A DNA stretch of 64,000 bases from Paraspadella gotoi (taxonomy: Eukaryota > Animalia > Chaetognatha). The notes under the pieces are model-generated. The model had not been told where the DNA came from. It searched no databases and saw only the letters and a program-made list of their open reading frames with translations. Position numbers and translations under genes: made by a program. Location: contig CM119266.1 in assembly GCA_051294375.1 (NCBI GenBank), forward strand, positions 2,037,380-2,101,379, written 5' to 3'. This document shows positions 48,894 through 63,517 of the stretch, piece after piece (the first letter of the stretch is position 1; each line of letters starts with the position of its first letter).

Positions 48894-50047
48894 TCATTCG
48901 TCTTCGATTCGGAGACGATTTTTGGGGTAATTTTGTGAAACCTACGACGAACACGACAACAACGACAACAACGACGACTGCGATGAAGATATCGACGGGT
49001 TGAGAAAGTAGAAAAAAAAAGATGACGATGAAGCGGACGATAAATGACGATGACGACGACGACGACAACGACAACAACGACGACAACAACGACGACGAGA
49101 ATGAAGCTTCAAAAATCGTCATGAAAAAGACGATATAACAACGACAACAACAACGACGACTACGACGAAGATACAAGAAAAAAATAAGGACGAAAACAAA
49201 CGAGACTCACATCAAAAATATCGGTTAACCGACATTTCGTCGCCACACAATTGAGAAAAAGCGATATTGATATCAACGGGTCATTAAGCGATAAAACTCG
49301 TCTTATCGATGGACGGGTCTCATCCCCGATCGACGGTTCTTAATCCGTAAATGGCCAGAGTTCTTTTTTTATGATCGTATCTCTTTTTTGAGATTGGTCG
49401 CATATTGAGCAAGTGATCGCATATTGTGCGAACGCGCGACTATTATGACCTGAGATTAAATCTGCGATCGAAAGGTCGAGCGACGTCGTTGCCTTCTCCT
49501 CGTGATTGGAGAAAAATTTCTTTCCTATTTAATATTTTGTTTGACGGACTGAATACTTTTTAAACAAAAGTAAGATAAGAAAATAAATTTAATAAAAAAG
49601 TGAGTCTGAAAGAGAAAAACGTTTTCCAGAGCCATCTTTCTCAACTCGTTGCCAATTATCTAATTCGATCAAATATAAATAGTTTTGGTGTTTTCTTTAA
49701 AACTAGCTTCAAAGATTTACGGGTTTGCAAATGACAACTTTTTTCTCGGTTATATTCTGAATATTTTCATATACAAAACTTTTGGCAATGATAGCGCGGG
49801 TCGTCTGGTAATCAGAAAGATTACTTCACTCCGAGCTGAACTTTTTTCACAAAATCAAATCCGTTGAATTAAGTTTTCTTGTCTCCTCTTCTTCCGCTTT
49901 TCCTACTTCACGATTAAAATAAACATTATAAGTTAAACCTTTGTTGTTTGAAGAATAATACACCACAATTACAACAGTAACAAAAATTACCATTAGATAA
50001 GAAAATTCCGCTAATGAGACTGTTGTTTTTGTTGTCGTTGTTGCTCT

Positions 50048-50115
<68 letters not shown>

Positions 50116-50290
50116 CTGGTGACGATGCTGACGATAATGATGATGAAGATTATGATGATTATTCTGATTATAATAATGATGATGATGTTGATGATGACGA
50201 TGATGACGATAATTGTGATGACGATTATGAAGATGATGATGATCTTGATGATGATAATGAGGATGATGGCAACGATGACGAAAAAGATGA
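50048..50290 (+). repeat. (ATG)n microsatellite with degenerate extension
   Basis: Perfect then degenerate trinucleotide run. Confidence 0.95.
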
Positions 50291-50327
50291 TGGAGAAACT
50301 GAGAAAAACGTCATCGCCACCCATTTC

Positions 50328-50366
<39 letters not shown>

Positions 50367-50523
50367 TTATCTTCACCCATTTCGCGGCAAAAGACGAACA
50401 CGAAACGATTATTGCGCAAATGATGATTTTTTTTGCGGCTTCGGCAGCGGCGGCGGCGGCGGCAGCGGAGACGACGGGAGCAGCCGCTTACAACGAAATT
50501 AGAAATAAATGGAATGACTCGAT

Positions 50524-50790
50524 TTTCTGACTTCGGTTGAGATGATGTAGTCTCTCTGATGTAGTCTTTCTGACTTCGGTTGAGATGATGTAGTCTTTCT
50601 GATGTAGTCTTTCTGACTTTGGTTGAGATGATGTAGTCTTTCTGATGTACTCTTTCTGACTTCGGTTGAGATGATGTAGTGTTTCTGATGTAGTCTTTCT
50701 GACTTCGGTTGAGATGATGTTGTCCTTCTGATGTAGTCTTTCTGACCTCGGTTGAGATGATGTAGTCCTTCTGATGTAGTCTTTCTGACT
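50524..50790 (+). repeat. 43 bp tandem repeat, 6 copies (TTTCTGACTTCGGTTGAGATGATGTAGTCTTTCTGATGTAGTC)
   Basis: Six near-identical head-to-tail units. Confidence 0.95.
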
Positions 50791-50927
50791 TCTTTCTTTG
50801 TTTAGATCTTTTTTCAATGTTTCATTCTTTGTTTCTTTTCTTTCTTTTTCGCTTTTTCTCTTCCTTAATTATTTCATTTTAGGATTTCTTTCCTTGTTTT
50901 CCTTTTTGCCTCTCAACTCCTCTCATT

Positions 50928-50966
<39 letters not shown>

Positions 50967-51097
50967 GCTTCTCCACCACGTCGCTCATTTGTGCCGGTCA
51001 AAGGCGAGAGAGAATCGCGCCTTGGTCACGGCCAATAAAGTTTTACCGACGCCTTTCGCGTTCTTCTCTCTCTCTCTCTCTCTCTCGTCTCTCTCTC

Positions 51098-51159
<62 letters not shown>

Positions 51160-51868
51160 CTCCCTCCCTCTCTCCTTCTCTCCCCTTAACATCGAATGCT
51201 CTTTTTGTTCGACAGTCGTTTAGTTTTTCCGGCCAATTAGGATCCGTCGATTGTTTTCGACCAATCAGAATCGCCGGTTTTAACGACGTCATCAACGACT
51301 CGAATTCTCAACTCGTGAGGATCGTTTCTTCTCTTGATTCTCAACTCATTGTTCCTTCGTGTCGAGTTGATTGTCAACGCGTCAACTCAAATTTTCGCTT
51401 CTGTTTAACTATTCTTTTTTTTCTTTTTTAAAGCTAATTTTGAGTAAATTGTTTATTCATTCTTGGTTCTACATTTTAAAGAGTCAACGTATAAAACTAT
51501 GAATGTAACAAAAATACTATGATTTTTTACGAATATAAATCTTTTTTCATCAATAAACTAATGAAAAATAAAAAGTAACAGTTTCGTTTTAAATATTGTT
51601 ATCCTATCCAAAACCCAAAATGCAAATCTTTTTTCTGCAAACTCCGGATGTAATTTTTTTCTTTAATTCCCGTATGTAACTGGCACTCACCACGTTTAAA
51701 AAAAAATCCTCTCGTTTGTTCCCAGCGGAATTTCCATCCGGGTCCCCGGCTGTAACTGGAAAGCGATGACGAGCGGGGGTGAGAGGAGAAACCTCATAAC
51801 GCTCGGTTATTGTGCCGCTAATTACGGCTTCGCTTATCGAGAAACAATCATGGATTCCAGATTTTTAG

Positions 51869-51919
<51 letters not shown>

Positions 51920-52178
51920 AGAGGGAACAGAGGGGGACATGGAGAGAGGAGATGAAAGGAAAGAGAAGGAGAATGAAGGAGCGGAAGAGATAACCTCTAT
52001 TTGGCTTTTGTTAAGACGTATTAATTAAACATACATATACACACTTTTTATGTGCACGTATCATGTTGAACTTACTATATCATTAGCATCTTCACTTGAT
52101 AAACTTACTCCTGTTGTGACAAATTTCTTTCTCCCGCCCATAAACGCGAGCGCCCTTCCTTCCACCGTTTTAAAAAAC

Positions 52179-52252
<74 letters not shown>

Positions 52253-52470
52253 AGAGAAAGGAAAAGAGATGTAAAACGTTTGGCGTTAAAGAGGCAGAGA
52301 AACGATGGGTTTATCGATTCTCGTTTGGTCTTTAATGTCAAACTAATTTTGTAAGAAAATTGAACAAAGGAATAAAAGTTGGTCGAGGGAGGAATAGGGA
52401 GGAAAAGGAGGAAAGGGAGTAAAGGGAGGAAAGGGAGGAAAGGGAAGGAAAAGGAGGAAAGGGAGGAAAG

Positions 52471-53326
52471 NNNNNNNNNNNNNNNNNNNNNNNNNCACTA
52501 TTTTTCCCTCGTTCTGTCCGGTTTCCCTTTACTCCTTTCCCTTTTTTTTCTTTTCCCCCCTCTCCCTTTACTCCCTTTCTTCCCTTTCTCGCGTCCTGTC
52601 TTCCTTTGCCTCTCTTGTCCGTCCTTTTCCTCCTTTCTCATTTTTCTACCTTTTCTCCCTCTTTCTCTTCCTTTCTTCCCTTTCCTCCCTTTCTCTTTTT
52701 CGATCCCTTTACTCCCTTTCTTCCCTTTCCTCCCTGTGCTCCCTCGTTCTTGCCTTTTCCTCCTTTTCCTTCTTTTCGCCTTTGTTGCCTCCTCTTATCG
52801 CCTTTCCCTCCCTTTGTCTTCCAGCTTTGCCTCGCTTTTCTTTCTTTTCCTGCTCTTTCCTCCCTCTTGCTTTTCCTTTCCTGGCTCTTTGCCTCTCCTT
52901 TTCTCCCCATCTTGCTTACCCGTTTCCTTTGTTTTCCCTCGTGTCCCATTTTAGACTCGCCTCTTCTTCCTTTTCTCCAATTTCCCTGTCCTTCTCTCTT
53001 CTTCCTTCCGCCTTTCCTCGCGCTCATCTTCCTTTCGCATCCCTTTCCTCCCTTCCCTCCCTCGTCTTCTTTTCCTTCCTTTTCCTCCCTTTCTTCCTTT
53101 TCCTTTCTTTTCCTCCTTTAACTCCTTTCCTCTTTTCCTGCACTGATGTCCTCCTCGACCAACTTGTTATTCCTTATGTTCAATTGTTCTTACAAAAGTA
53201 GTTTGACATTAAAGACATAACCGAGAAATCGATAAAACACATCGTTTCTGTCTCTGCCTTTTAACGCCAAAACGTTTTACATCGGTCTTTTTCCTTTCTC
53301 TCTCTCTTCTCTCTCTCTTCTCTCTC

Positions 53327-53358
<32 letters not shown>

Positions 53359-54903
53359 CTCTCTCCCCTCCCTCCCTCTCTCCTTCTCTCCCCTTTAAAC
53401 AAATCGATATGCTCCTTTTTGTTCGGGACAAGTCCCGGTTTAGTTTTTCCGCCAATTTAGGATCCGTTCGATTGTTTTCGACCATCAGTGAATCGCCGGT
53501 TTTTTTCAACGATCGTCATCAACCGACTCGTACACTTCTTCAACTCGGTGAGGCATTCTCTTCTTCTCTTGATTCTCAACTCATTGTTCCTTCGTGTGAC
53601 GTTGATTGTCAACGCCCGTCAACTCAAATTTTCGCTTCTGGGGATTTAGACTATTCTGCTTTTTTTTCTTTTTTAAAGGCATAATTTTTCGCAGTAATAT
53701 TGTTCTATCTTCATTTCTTTGGTTCTACATTTTAAAGCAGTCAACGTTTATTCAAATACTATGAAATGATAAGCAAAAATACTCATGATGTTTTTACGAA
53801 TACTAAACTCTCTTTTTCATCAATTAAACTTAATGAACAATCTTTAAAAATTAACGAGTCTCTCGTTTTAAATATTTTCATCCTATATCCAAAACCCAGA
53901 ATGCAAATCTCTTTTTCTGCAAACTCCGGATGTAATTTTTTTCTTTATTCCCGTATGTAACTGGCACTCACCCACGCCTTAAAAAAAATCCTTCTCGCTT
54001 TGTTCCAGCTGAATTCCCATCCGGTGCTCCCGGCTGTTAACTGGAAAGCCCGCCATGACGAGCGGGGGTAGTGAGAGGAGAACCTCCATAACGCTCGGCT
54101 TAATTGTGCCGCTAAATACGGCCTTCGCCTTATCGAGAAAACAATCATGGACTTCCAGACTTTTTAGCCTTCATCTCTCTCTCTCTCTTCTCTCTCTCTC
54201 TCCTCTCCTCTCTCTCTCTCCTCTTCTCTCTGCTAAAGGGAGGAAAAGGAGGAAAGAGAGGAAAGGGAAGAAGAGGGAGGAAAGGGAGGAAAGGGAGGAA
54301 AATGGGAGTGAAGGCTTTTTGAAGTTTGAAAGGACCAAAGAAATGGATGGGAGTAAAGAGAAGATAGAAGAAGTTTATATAATGGAAGGGAGAATATAAA
54401 AGTAAAGAAAAAATGAAATGAAATGTTAAACGTACTAGAAAAAGTAGCATGAAGGAAGAAAGATTAAAAATAGCGCAAAGTATATTTTAAAATATTTTAC
54501 CATACCTTGCATGACGTTTTTGCCATAAAGAAAAAAATAAGGATTAAAAACATAGCAAAGGAAATTAAAGTTAAAAACATGGGAGAACAAAAGAACTGAA
54601 AGTTGCAATGAGGAAAAGAAAATGTTAAAAAAAAAGGAAGGAGGCAAACCTATATATGTATATAGTCCTCGAGTGAAAACGAAAATACCTCGCAGCGACA
54701 ACACTCTCGGGTTTTCGAAAATCATTGCAGGAGCAGCATTATTATTAATATTCCTACATGGTTTAATGATTTACGCCATTTCTACTATCTTGTACCATCA
54801 GTCTAATGCCAACCATTCTTTCTTGGAATTAAATTTTTTTCTTTAATTTTTAATTACAAAATTTTAATTCGATTACCAAAGACAGCCGTCAAAGCAATCC
54901 ACC

Positions 54904-54941
<38 letters not shown>

Positions 54942-56058
54942 NNNNNNNNNNNNNNNNNNNNNNNNNNNNNNNNNNNNNNNNNNNNNNNNNNNNNNNNNNN
55001 NNNNNNNNNNNNNNNNNNNNNNNNNNNNNNNNNNNNNNNNNNNNNNNNNNNNNNNNNNNNNNNNNNNNNNNNNNNNNNNNNNNNNNNNNNNNNNAGGCGA
55101 CAGAACGGATCTGTCATATGCTAATTAGTGGTCGAGTCCCGAGACTTTAAACAGATCCGCGTCCTAATGAAATGAGTCTTTGAAAGGCCGTCTGGGGAAG
55201 AAGTGGGAAAAAATGGGGGAGGGAGAATAGGAAGGAGAACGGGAAGAATGGAGAGGAGAATGTGGAAGAACGTTGGGGGATAACGGTGAGGAGAACGAGA
55301 AGAATTGGGAGGAGAATGGGAAAGAATGCCTGAGGGAGAATGGGGAGAAACAATAGGGACTTTAGGGAGGATAATGAGTAGCATGGGGAGAAAAATGAAA
55401 ATAATGGGCAGAGTTGGGAAGAATGAGGAAGAAAAGAGGAGAATGGGAGAAGGAGTGGGGAGAACTAAGAGAATGAGGAGGAAAGAGGAGNNNNNNNNNN
55501 NNNNNNNNNNNNNNNNNNNNNNNNNNNNNNNNNNNNNNNNNNNNNNNNNNNNNNNNNNNNNNNNNNNNNNNNNNNNNNNNNNNNNNNNNNNNNNNNNNNN
55601 NNNNNNNNNNNNNNNNNNNNNNNNNNNNNNNNNNNNNNNNNNNNNNNNNNNNNNNNNNNNNNNNNNNNNNNNNNNNNNNNNNNNNNNNNNNNNNNNNAAC
55701 TAAGAGAATGAGGAGGAAAGAGGAGAATGGGAGAACGGTGCGAAAAATTAAAAAAAATGGAAATCTTGGAGGAATGGGATAAAGTGGAGAATAGGGAGAA
55801 TTTTACAAATAGGAGAATTGTGTACAAATATTGGGGATAAAAAAGAAGATACTTTAGGGAGATTTTGGAGAATGTGTTAAAAAATAAGGAATTAAAAAAA
55901 AGAAAAAGTGGGAAAAAGAAAACTGTTAGGGAATAAATGTGAAAGAATGAAGGAGATTAGAATAAGAAAAGAAAAAGAAAAAAACTAATTTAGCCCAGCT
56001 ACTTTTATTACATATTAAATGTTTATTTTCAACTTTAGTTAATCCTTAATTAGTCCGT

Positions 56059-56091
<33 letters not shown>

Positions 56092-56202
56092 NNNNNNNNN
56101 NNNNNNNNNNNNNNNNCAGTTAGTTCGGTCAGAGGTGACTTCCATTCCTTCCCACCCTGTTTTCCTCCTTTTCTCCATATCTTTTCTCTCATTTGTCCTC
56201 TG

Positions 56203-56265
<63 letters not shown>

Positions 56266-56276
56266 GCTTCGTCTCC

Positions 56277-56307
<31 letters not shown>

Positions 56308-56312
56308 ATCTT

Positions 56313-56347
<35 letters not shown>

Positions 56348-57558
56348 CAGCGACAGAACGGATCTGTCATATGCTAGGATTAGGTTGGTCGGAGTCGCCG
56401 GGAGACTTTAAACAGATCCGCGTGCCTAGAGGGAAATGAGCTTTGAAAGGCCCTCTGGGGAAGGAAGTGGAAAAGGATGGGGAGGGATAAATGAGGAAGG
56501 AGGAACGGAAAGAATGGAGGAGGAGAATGGTGGAAGGAACGATGTGGGGGATAGACGGTGAGGAGAGGACCTGAGGATAAGATTGGCAGGAGGAAATGGC
56601 GAAAGGAATGGGCGCTGAGGAGAATGGGGGAAACAATAGGGACTTTAGGGAGGAAATAGAGTAGCATGGGGAGAAAAATGAAATAATGGCAGAGTTGGGA
56701 AGAATGAGGAAGAAAAGAGGAGGAATGGGAAAGGAGGGTGGGGAGAAACTAAGAGATATGAGGGGAAAGAGGAATATGCGTGAGAACGAGGATCAGGTGG
56801 CGGTAGTGGGGAGAGATAGGAATGGAGAGAAAAAAGGGGAGGAATGGAGGGGGAGAGGAGAACGAGGAGTGGGAGAGACGTAGGAGAATGAGAAGAAAGA
56901 GGAAGATGGAGGGAGAGAGCGGAGGAGTGGGGAGAACGTGAGAGAGGAATGAGGAGGGAGAAGAGGGAGAGAGCGGGGGAGTGGGCAGAACGGAGGGCAG
57001 TGGGGAGAACTAAGAGAATGAGGAAGGACAGAGGAGAGATGGAGAGACGAGGAGTGGAGAACTAAGGGAGAATGTGTAGGGGGAAAGAGGAGAATGAGAG
57101 AGCGGAGGAGTGGGGGAGAACTAAGAGAGATGAGGAGGAAAGAGGGAGAATGGGTCGGGAGACACGGTGCCGAAAAATCGTAAAGAAAAAATGGAAATCT
57201 TGAGAATGGATAAAGGGGAGAAGTAGGGAATTTACCAGAAAGGAGATTGGTCAAATATGGGAAAGAAGTAGAGGAAGATACTGTAGGAGATTTTAGGAAG
57301 AATGTGTTAAAAAAATAGGAATTAAAAAAAAAGAAAAAGTGGGAAAAGGAAAACTGTAGGAATAAATGTGAAAGAATGAAGGAGATGAGAATGAAGGAGA
57401 TAAGAAAGAAGGAAAAAAAAACTGAAATTCAGCCGCAGGCTATTGTTATTACATATTAAATGTTTATTCAAACTGGGTTAGAGGATCCTTAAATTACCGG
57501 TTGGGCGTCGTCCGTCTCTCTGCTCGTCTCTCTCTGCCTTCTCTGCTCTCTCTCTGCT

Positions 57559-57593
<35 letters not shown>

Positions 57594-60500
57594 TCCCTTT
57601 CAAGTCGGCTTTAATTCGTTCATTTGCCGACATCGATTCTCCTGCGAGGACGACGTCTGTTGCCGACATCTGTTGCCGACAGATTTTTATAAAAAAAAAA
57701 CTCATATCGATTTTCTTTGTTTTTATCATTTTTCCCATTTCGATTCAATCAATGGTAATAAATTTTAAAAAATTAATAATGATTACCGAAACATGTAATA
57801 CTCCCATTTCTCGCAATGGTTAATGGTTATGCAATAACCATATAGTAGTAAGTGGCATTATTTTTCATTAACCAGCTCGGAATTTAAAGGCTTACGAAAC
57901 TACGACTATTTCATTAGGCGAAAAAAGTGTTTTTTAAATTTTATAAGAAAAAAATATGTAAGTCGTAACTTTTAGGGCAAATCTACTACATCTATATCTA
58001 TATCTATATCTATATCTATATCTATATCTATATCTAAATTATCCATTGACTATTACAATCGACAAGGGAAATCAAGTCCTCTAAAAAGGTAATGAAGAAA
58101 ATCGATAATAGTTATACTTTTGGAAATCTTTTGAAGTTTAGATGTTATAACCTGTAGGTATTGTATAGTTATATCAATAATATATATACCAATTTCATAG
58201 AAGGTTTGAGCGATTCTTATTCAGGACGAGATTTTGTCTCGAGTTTAAGACATGAACAAATTTAAAGAGGACGACGTATCGATTTGAAACCTCGTTACCT
58301 TCATCTCTCTATCTCCCTCTCTCTCTCTCGGGAAGAGAGGGAGAGATGGATAAATGCTATACAGTTACAATGGAAAATAAGAGAGTGAGTGACACATATG
58401 TTCATATATAGAGATTATACAAATATTCTCCTTGTCTCATATGCTCTGAGCACCGGTCACCAACACCACCACCATACCAGCTATTATGATAAGTTATATC
58501 TCGGCAACTACCGCTGGCACAGCGCGCACGTAATTTTTTTCTTTAATTCGGTATGTAACTCTGGTTTGCACGTACCAGAGTCACCTTTACTGTTATAGCA
58601 GACAATCCTTCTGCTTCACGTTGACCCGATTGCGGTCGAGCGAGAGTGATCATCATGCAGGTGGTGGATCGCAGACCAGTGTCTGCGCGTAACTATAATG
58701 AGGTCGCAAGCGAATGTACGGTCATAGCGGAAGTGTGAGTGAGAGGTAGATGATAATTCTTATTATGTTAACAGAACTACGAGTTAGTTACAGTGCACTT
58801 TGAGCTTAATACCCATAGCGCCTCTTTATCTGTGGAGCTTATCTGAGTATTATAGTAAGCACACACATGCATAAACTATTTTTATAGTTTTTGAGAGTAT
58901 ATATTTCAAGATTTGGCGTTTCACAGCGCCTCATCTTTTTTTCTTTCTGCTACTCTCCTATATCTCTCGAATCCAGTCAAAATCGATCAGCATCTCAAAA
59001 CGATACAAACATCCTAATATACAAAGTGATAACCATTGTTTCGGGTTTTTTAGTTTTTTTAATCAGTTCTTCTTATATTTTGTAATGATGAATTTTCTAT
59101 CCTCTCAAAGGACCGCTAAAACGGAAGAGTACAGGGTGGGAATCGCTACTCCATATTTTTTTATTTCATGACGTATACAATATGATTATGGTTAAGTAAT
59201 AATATCGCTATCTATTAAAGAAAGAAAGAAAGAAAGTTCACAAGAATCAGTTCATAAGAAAGAAAGAAAGAAAGAAAGAAAGAAAAAGAAATAGAAAGAA
59301 AGGACAAAGAAAGAGAAAGAAAGAGAGAAAAAAAGAGAAATTCAGAAAATTCAAAGAAAATAAAAGTACAAAGAAAGAAAAAGAAACAAACCAAACTAAG
59401 AGAAAAGAAAGCAAGAAAGCCTTCTTTCTCTTACTCTCTGACGACATTCAATACCATCTCTCTCTCTCCGATTTACCTTCATATTATTTTGTATAGGGAC
59501 TCGGAGATATACCAGTAGCGCGCGGGATTCATGGAGGAGAGGGAAGATTGCAGCAGAGATCAGAGCAGAGAGGATATTGCAGAGCTGCGAACGCAGTACT
59601 GAGATGAAAAACAATATCATGGCGGCAAACTATGTTCAATAGACCGTCGGCGGCGCGTTTTCGTTTGTAGACAGACACGTATTTTAATGATAAAACTCTT
59701 AGGCACGTCATAGTATCGAGATCTCACAACTTAAGCTTTCACTTTATTGAATTAGGATTGCCCTACATGGTCGCGAGCTTAACTGCTTAATGTATCATGG
59801 TCCGTGTCTAGGGCGAAGGACACTATTTACGTAATTTGATAACAAACGATATACTCCGCGTCGTCTGAGTGATCATAATTTATATCCTTCTCCTCTAGCT
59901 CCTTCGGTCGTTCTTTGGAACTTCTTATTTTCCTTAATACTTCTGCGCGTATGCTCTGGTGTTTGCTTATTTTTTTCTTGTCTCGTTTTATTTATTATGC
60001 TATTCTCACATTGTTTCTATTCGGACGTCTCTATTGGGGGTCTCCTCTCCAACCCTCATTCTTTCTCATCCTTCTTTCACTCTCTTTCTCGGTTTTCATA
60101 TATACTGATTACCATGTCACGATTGTGAGACTGATAGAGAAGTATGAGTTATGCAGTACGAGAGAGAGATGATACGTATTTTATGTATCAGTATTTAGTT
60201 CATGTTACTAAGATAGAAGAAGTTTAGTCTTTTGTATGAGCTATGTAGTGTATAGATGGAGCTAAATTGCTAGAAATTCGATCAAAAACATCTCGCTTGT
60301 CTGGCGTCTTTGCAAGCGATTTATATAGAGCGCTGAACGAGAAAAGAAAAAAACATATAAAAGTAGAAAACATACGAATAGGGTGAAAATATAATTGCTG
60401 ATCACACAGAGCAGTTCGATATACAAAAAAGTTGAAATACTGGAACTTATGCATTAAAATAAAATTTTTGTAACGCGAAATTTTCTTTTACAATTATAAA

Positions 60501-63484
60501 TTCATTTGTCACAAGTAAAAAAGTGGATCAAACGTCTCGAGACCGCGAGAGAGAAGCATGGATGCCTGTATTAAGTTGCTCAGCAGAGACAATGAGTGGA
60601 AACGAGAATTATGCGGGGGAGTGAGATGCCATCGATAAAACGTATGGCACAAAGGGATGCACAAGTGTACAGCCAGGCCACGGTTAAATGAGCTTGAAGT
60701 GATAACGACATGGAGAAAAAGGACTGAGAGAATGGCGTACGACGTGGGAAGAGATTAGCGTATGATGAAAAAAGCGGTACAAGAGTCATGTAAGTATCAT
60801 GACAAGCGATGTGAACGTCGGAGCGACACAGGACGTAGGACAATTATGAGTGTCCCTAGTCGATAAAGACGCGAGGGAAACATCATTTCCAAGGATCTTG
60901 AGGAACTGGAAGACCGAAAATGACGCGACAACAAGTAAAGAATAAAAGGAATGAAGGAAATATGAAGATAGAGTGAGGGAATTTACGAGAGTGAAGGAGA
61001 CATTATAATGTTGAATTAAATAAAACTTGTGATCTGTTAAGTTTTCCCAAAACGCAGAGTTGATATTTTGTGAGAGAGATATAAAGAGAAAAAGATGTGT
61101 ATTATTATTAATTTTCATTAATGATGTATTTATTTTTTTATTTACTTTTAGTTAGGTGAAGGGAGAGCTGAGGAAAGTATACAATAGGACATGCGAGGAT
61201 AGTTGAACAAGAGGGAGGAAGAGGAGGTTAGAACTTGGAAGATGTTTTCAAAAGATCGCCGCACAATAAAGTCAGTAATGTGAGAATAGCAAAAGAAAGA
61301 ATAATTACTTTGTGTTTGCCAAGTTGGTAATGAAAGTTGGTAAACGAGGACGGGTAAATATAAAAAAAAATCCAATATAGGGAATTATACATGAGTTAAT
61401 AAGATGAGGAGGAAACTATTAGGTGCGAAACACGGAATGCATAAAAGACTAGTTGCCCAGCTCTGGTAATTTTAAGATAGATATACAAAGAATAATGACA
61501 TAAGATCGAACAGAGAACACTCTCGGACATGCTGAGATTTATTAGTCGACAATTGCGCAAACACTTTTAAAAAGAGTAATCCAGTTGAAAGGCAGTACAC
61601 CGTATCAAGGTGGAAGGTAAGGTTATATAGTATATTTCTAAGAATATTTGCAATTGGTATGAGAAAGTATTAGATGAAGAGTAAAAGATGTGAAATTAGT
61701 CGAGGGAAAGGGAGATAGCATTTATTACTAAATTGTGGTATATGATTCTATGAGTGTGTTATGTGTATATTGTATGTATTGGTGTTATGATTAAAATGAG
61801 GATTAAGTGTGAGTGTATTATAATGTGAGTGTAAAGAGTATTGGATATAGGGAGTTGATAGATTTCTTGTTGTATTGTTTTTAATTATGGATTAGAAAAG
61901 GACGTAAAGGGGAGGAAACAAAAGAAAAGGGAGTTCGAAAGGCTCAGAGGAAAGGGAACAGATAGAGCGAAAAAAGCGGAAGAGAATAATATGTAGCGAA
62001 ATATAGAGAGGAATATGTGTTGAAACTAAAGTTTCGGGGAGAAAGGTGAGCTGTACGATTGAGGTGATCGTAGAACTGACTGGACTAAAATTCTAGGCGC
62101 ATTGAGGACAGGAAAAGGGATGGCAGAAATAGGGTGGGAAGTCGGGTATGAAAAATGGCGCAGAAAGAAAGACGAGTGGGCGCCGTCAAGGCTTTTTACC
62201 GGACCCAGTTTTGAAGAGAAATGACGAAGCGGACGCAAAGTCTCATAAGAATGACAGTTCGGCTAAGGCGCGAAAGGACGACGTAATCTGAGGGACGAAG
62301 CCTTCGAGGACGCTGTTAACGAAATGTCTGTAGTAGAAAGGAGTGAAGTCTGTAGGGGTAGTAGCAGAGGAAGTTAGTAAAAGGTCTCATAAGGGCAGGA
62401 GGTAAGGAACAGAAAACATTATTATCAGAAGCACAAACTCAGCCAATATATATAAGGTTTAAAGTGTCTTCTTACTTGTTTACGGTGTTATAGCCAATAA
62501 TAAAACAAAAATAGGAGATGCTTCTCTCATAGAAAAGATCCACGGCAAAATATCCAGAACGATCACAGTAAAGGAAAAGAAATGAAATGTTAAAAACAAA
62601 TAATAAGATTCCGAGATATCTAAGAAGAGTTCTACATGGCTTACATACAAGACTAAACACCAGTGACAACCCTTTGAGAGAAAATCTGAAAGAATCCACG
62701 TGGGTAGAAATTCAGAATAATAGAGATCTTAATTATAGCGAAATCTAGATACGGAGAAAATCACGGGACAAGGAAAAGCAATTACAATAACAGTAAAGCG
62801 CCAAGCTGTACACTGCTTCGGAATTCTGTACATAGTATAACAGCGCCTAGTGTCTAGTCGCCGTAGGACGTTTTCAGAGGTATGAGTTAGGCTTGAGGAG
62901 GAGGGGATATTTTAGGTAGATATAAGATAGATGATGTACTGGATCCCTCGTTATAATTAAGTTATTTATCGAAGGAGGGGGTTACTATATATTTCAAAAC
63001 ATATTTTTACTTTATTAGCATATGAGAGTGATTGGATTTTGGTACAGAAAAAATAGGGATTTAAAAGCCATACGCCCGTGTCAGTGGGCGAGGGGCATTG
63101 TAATAGCTTGGGATTTAATATAAACCATTGGGAGGGAAATACATGAGTTATCATGAGGGAAATGTTTAAAGGAGGAGGGTAATTTATTATATAGTCCTCG
63201 AGTGAAAACGGAAATACCATATCGCAGGCAGACAACACTCTCGGGTTCTTGCAAATTCGATTGGCAGGAGGCAGCAATATATTATTAATATTCGCCTACA
63301 CATGGTTTATATGATTTACGAATGCCCATTTCTACTATCTGGGTGTACCATCAGTCTATATGCCTAACGCATTCTTTGTTCTTGGAATTAATTATTTTTC
63401 TTATAATTTTTTAGATTACGAAAATTTTAATTCGATTACCAAAGGACAGTCCGTCAAAGTCAATCCATCCCTCATCTCTCTTCG

Positions 63485-63517
<33 letters not shown>
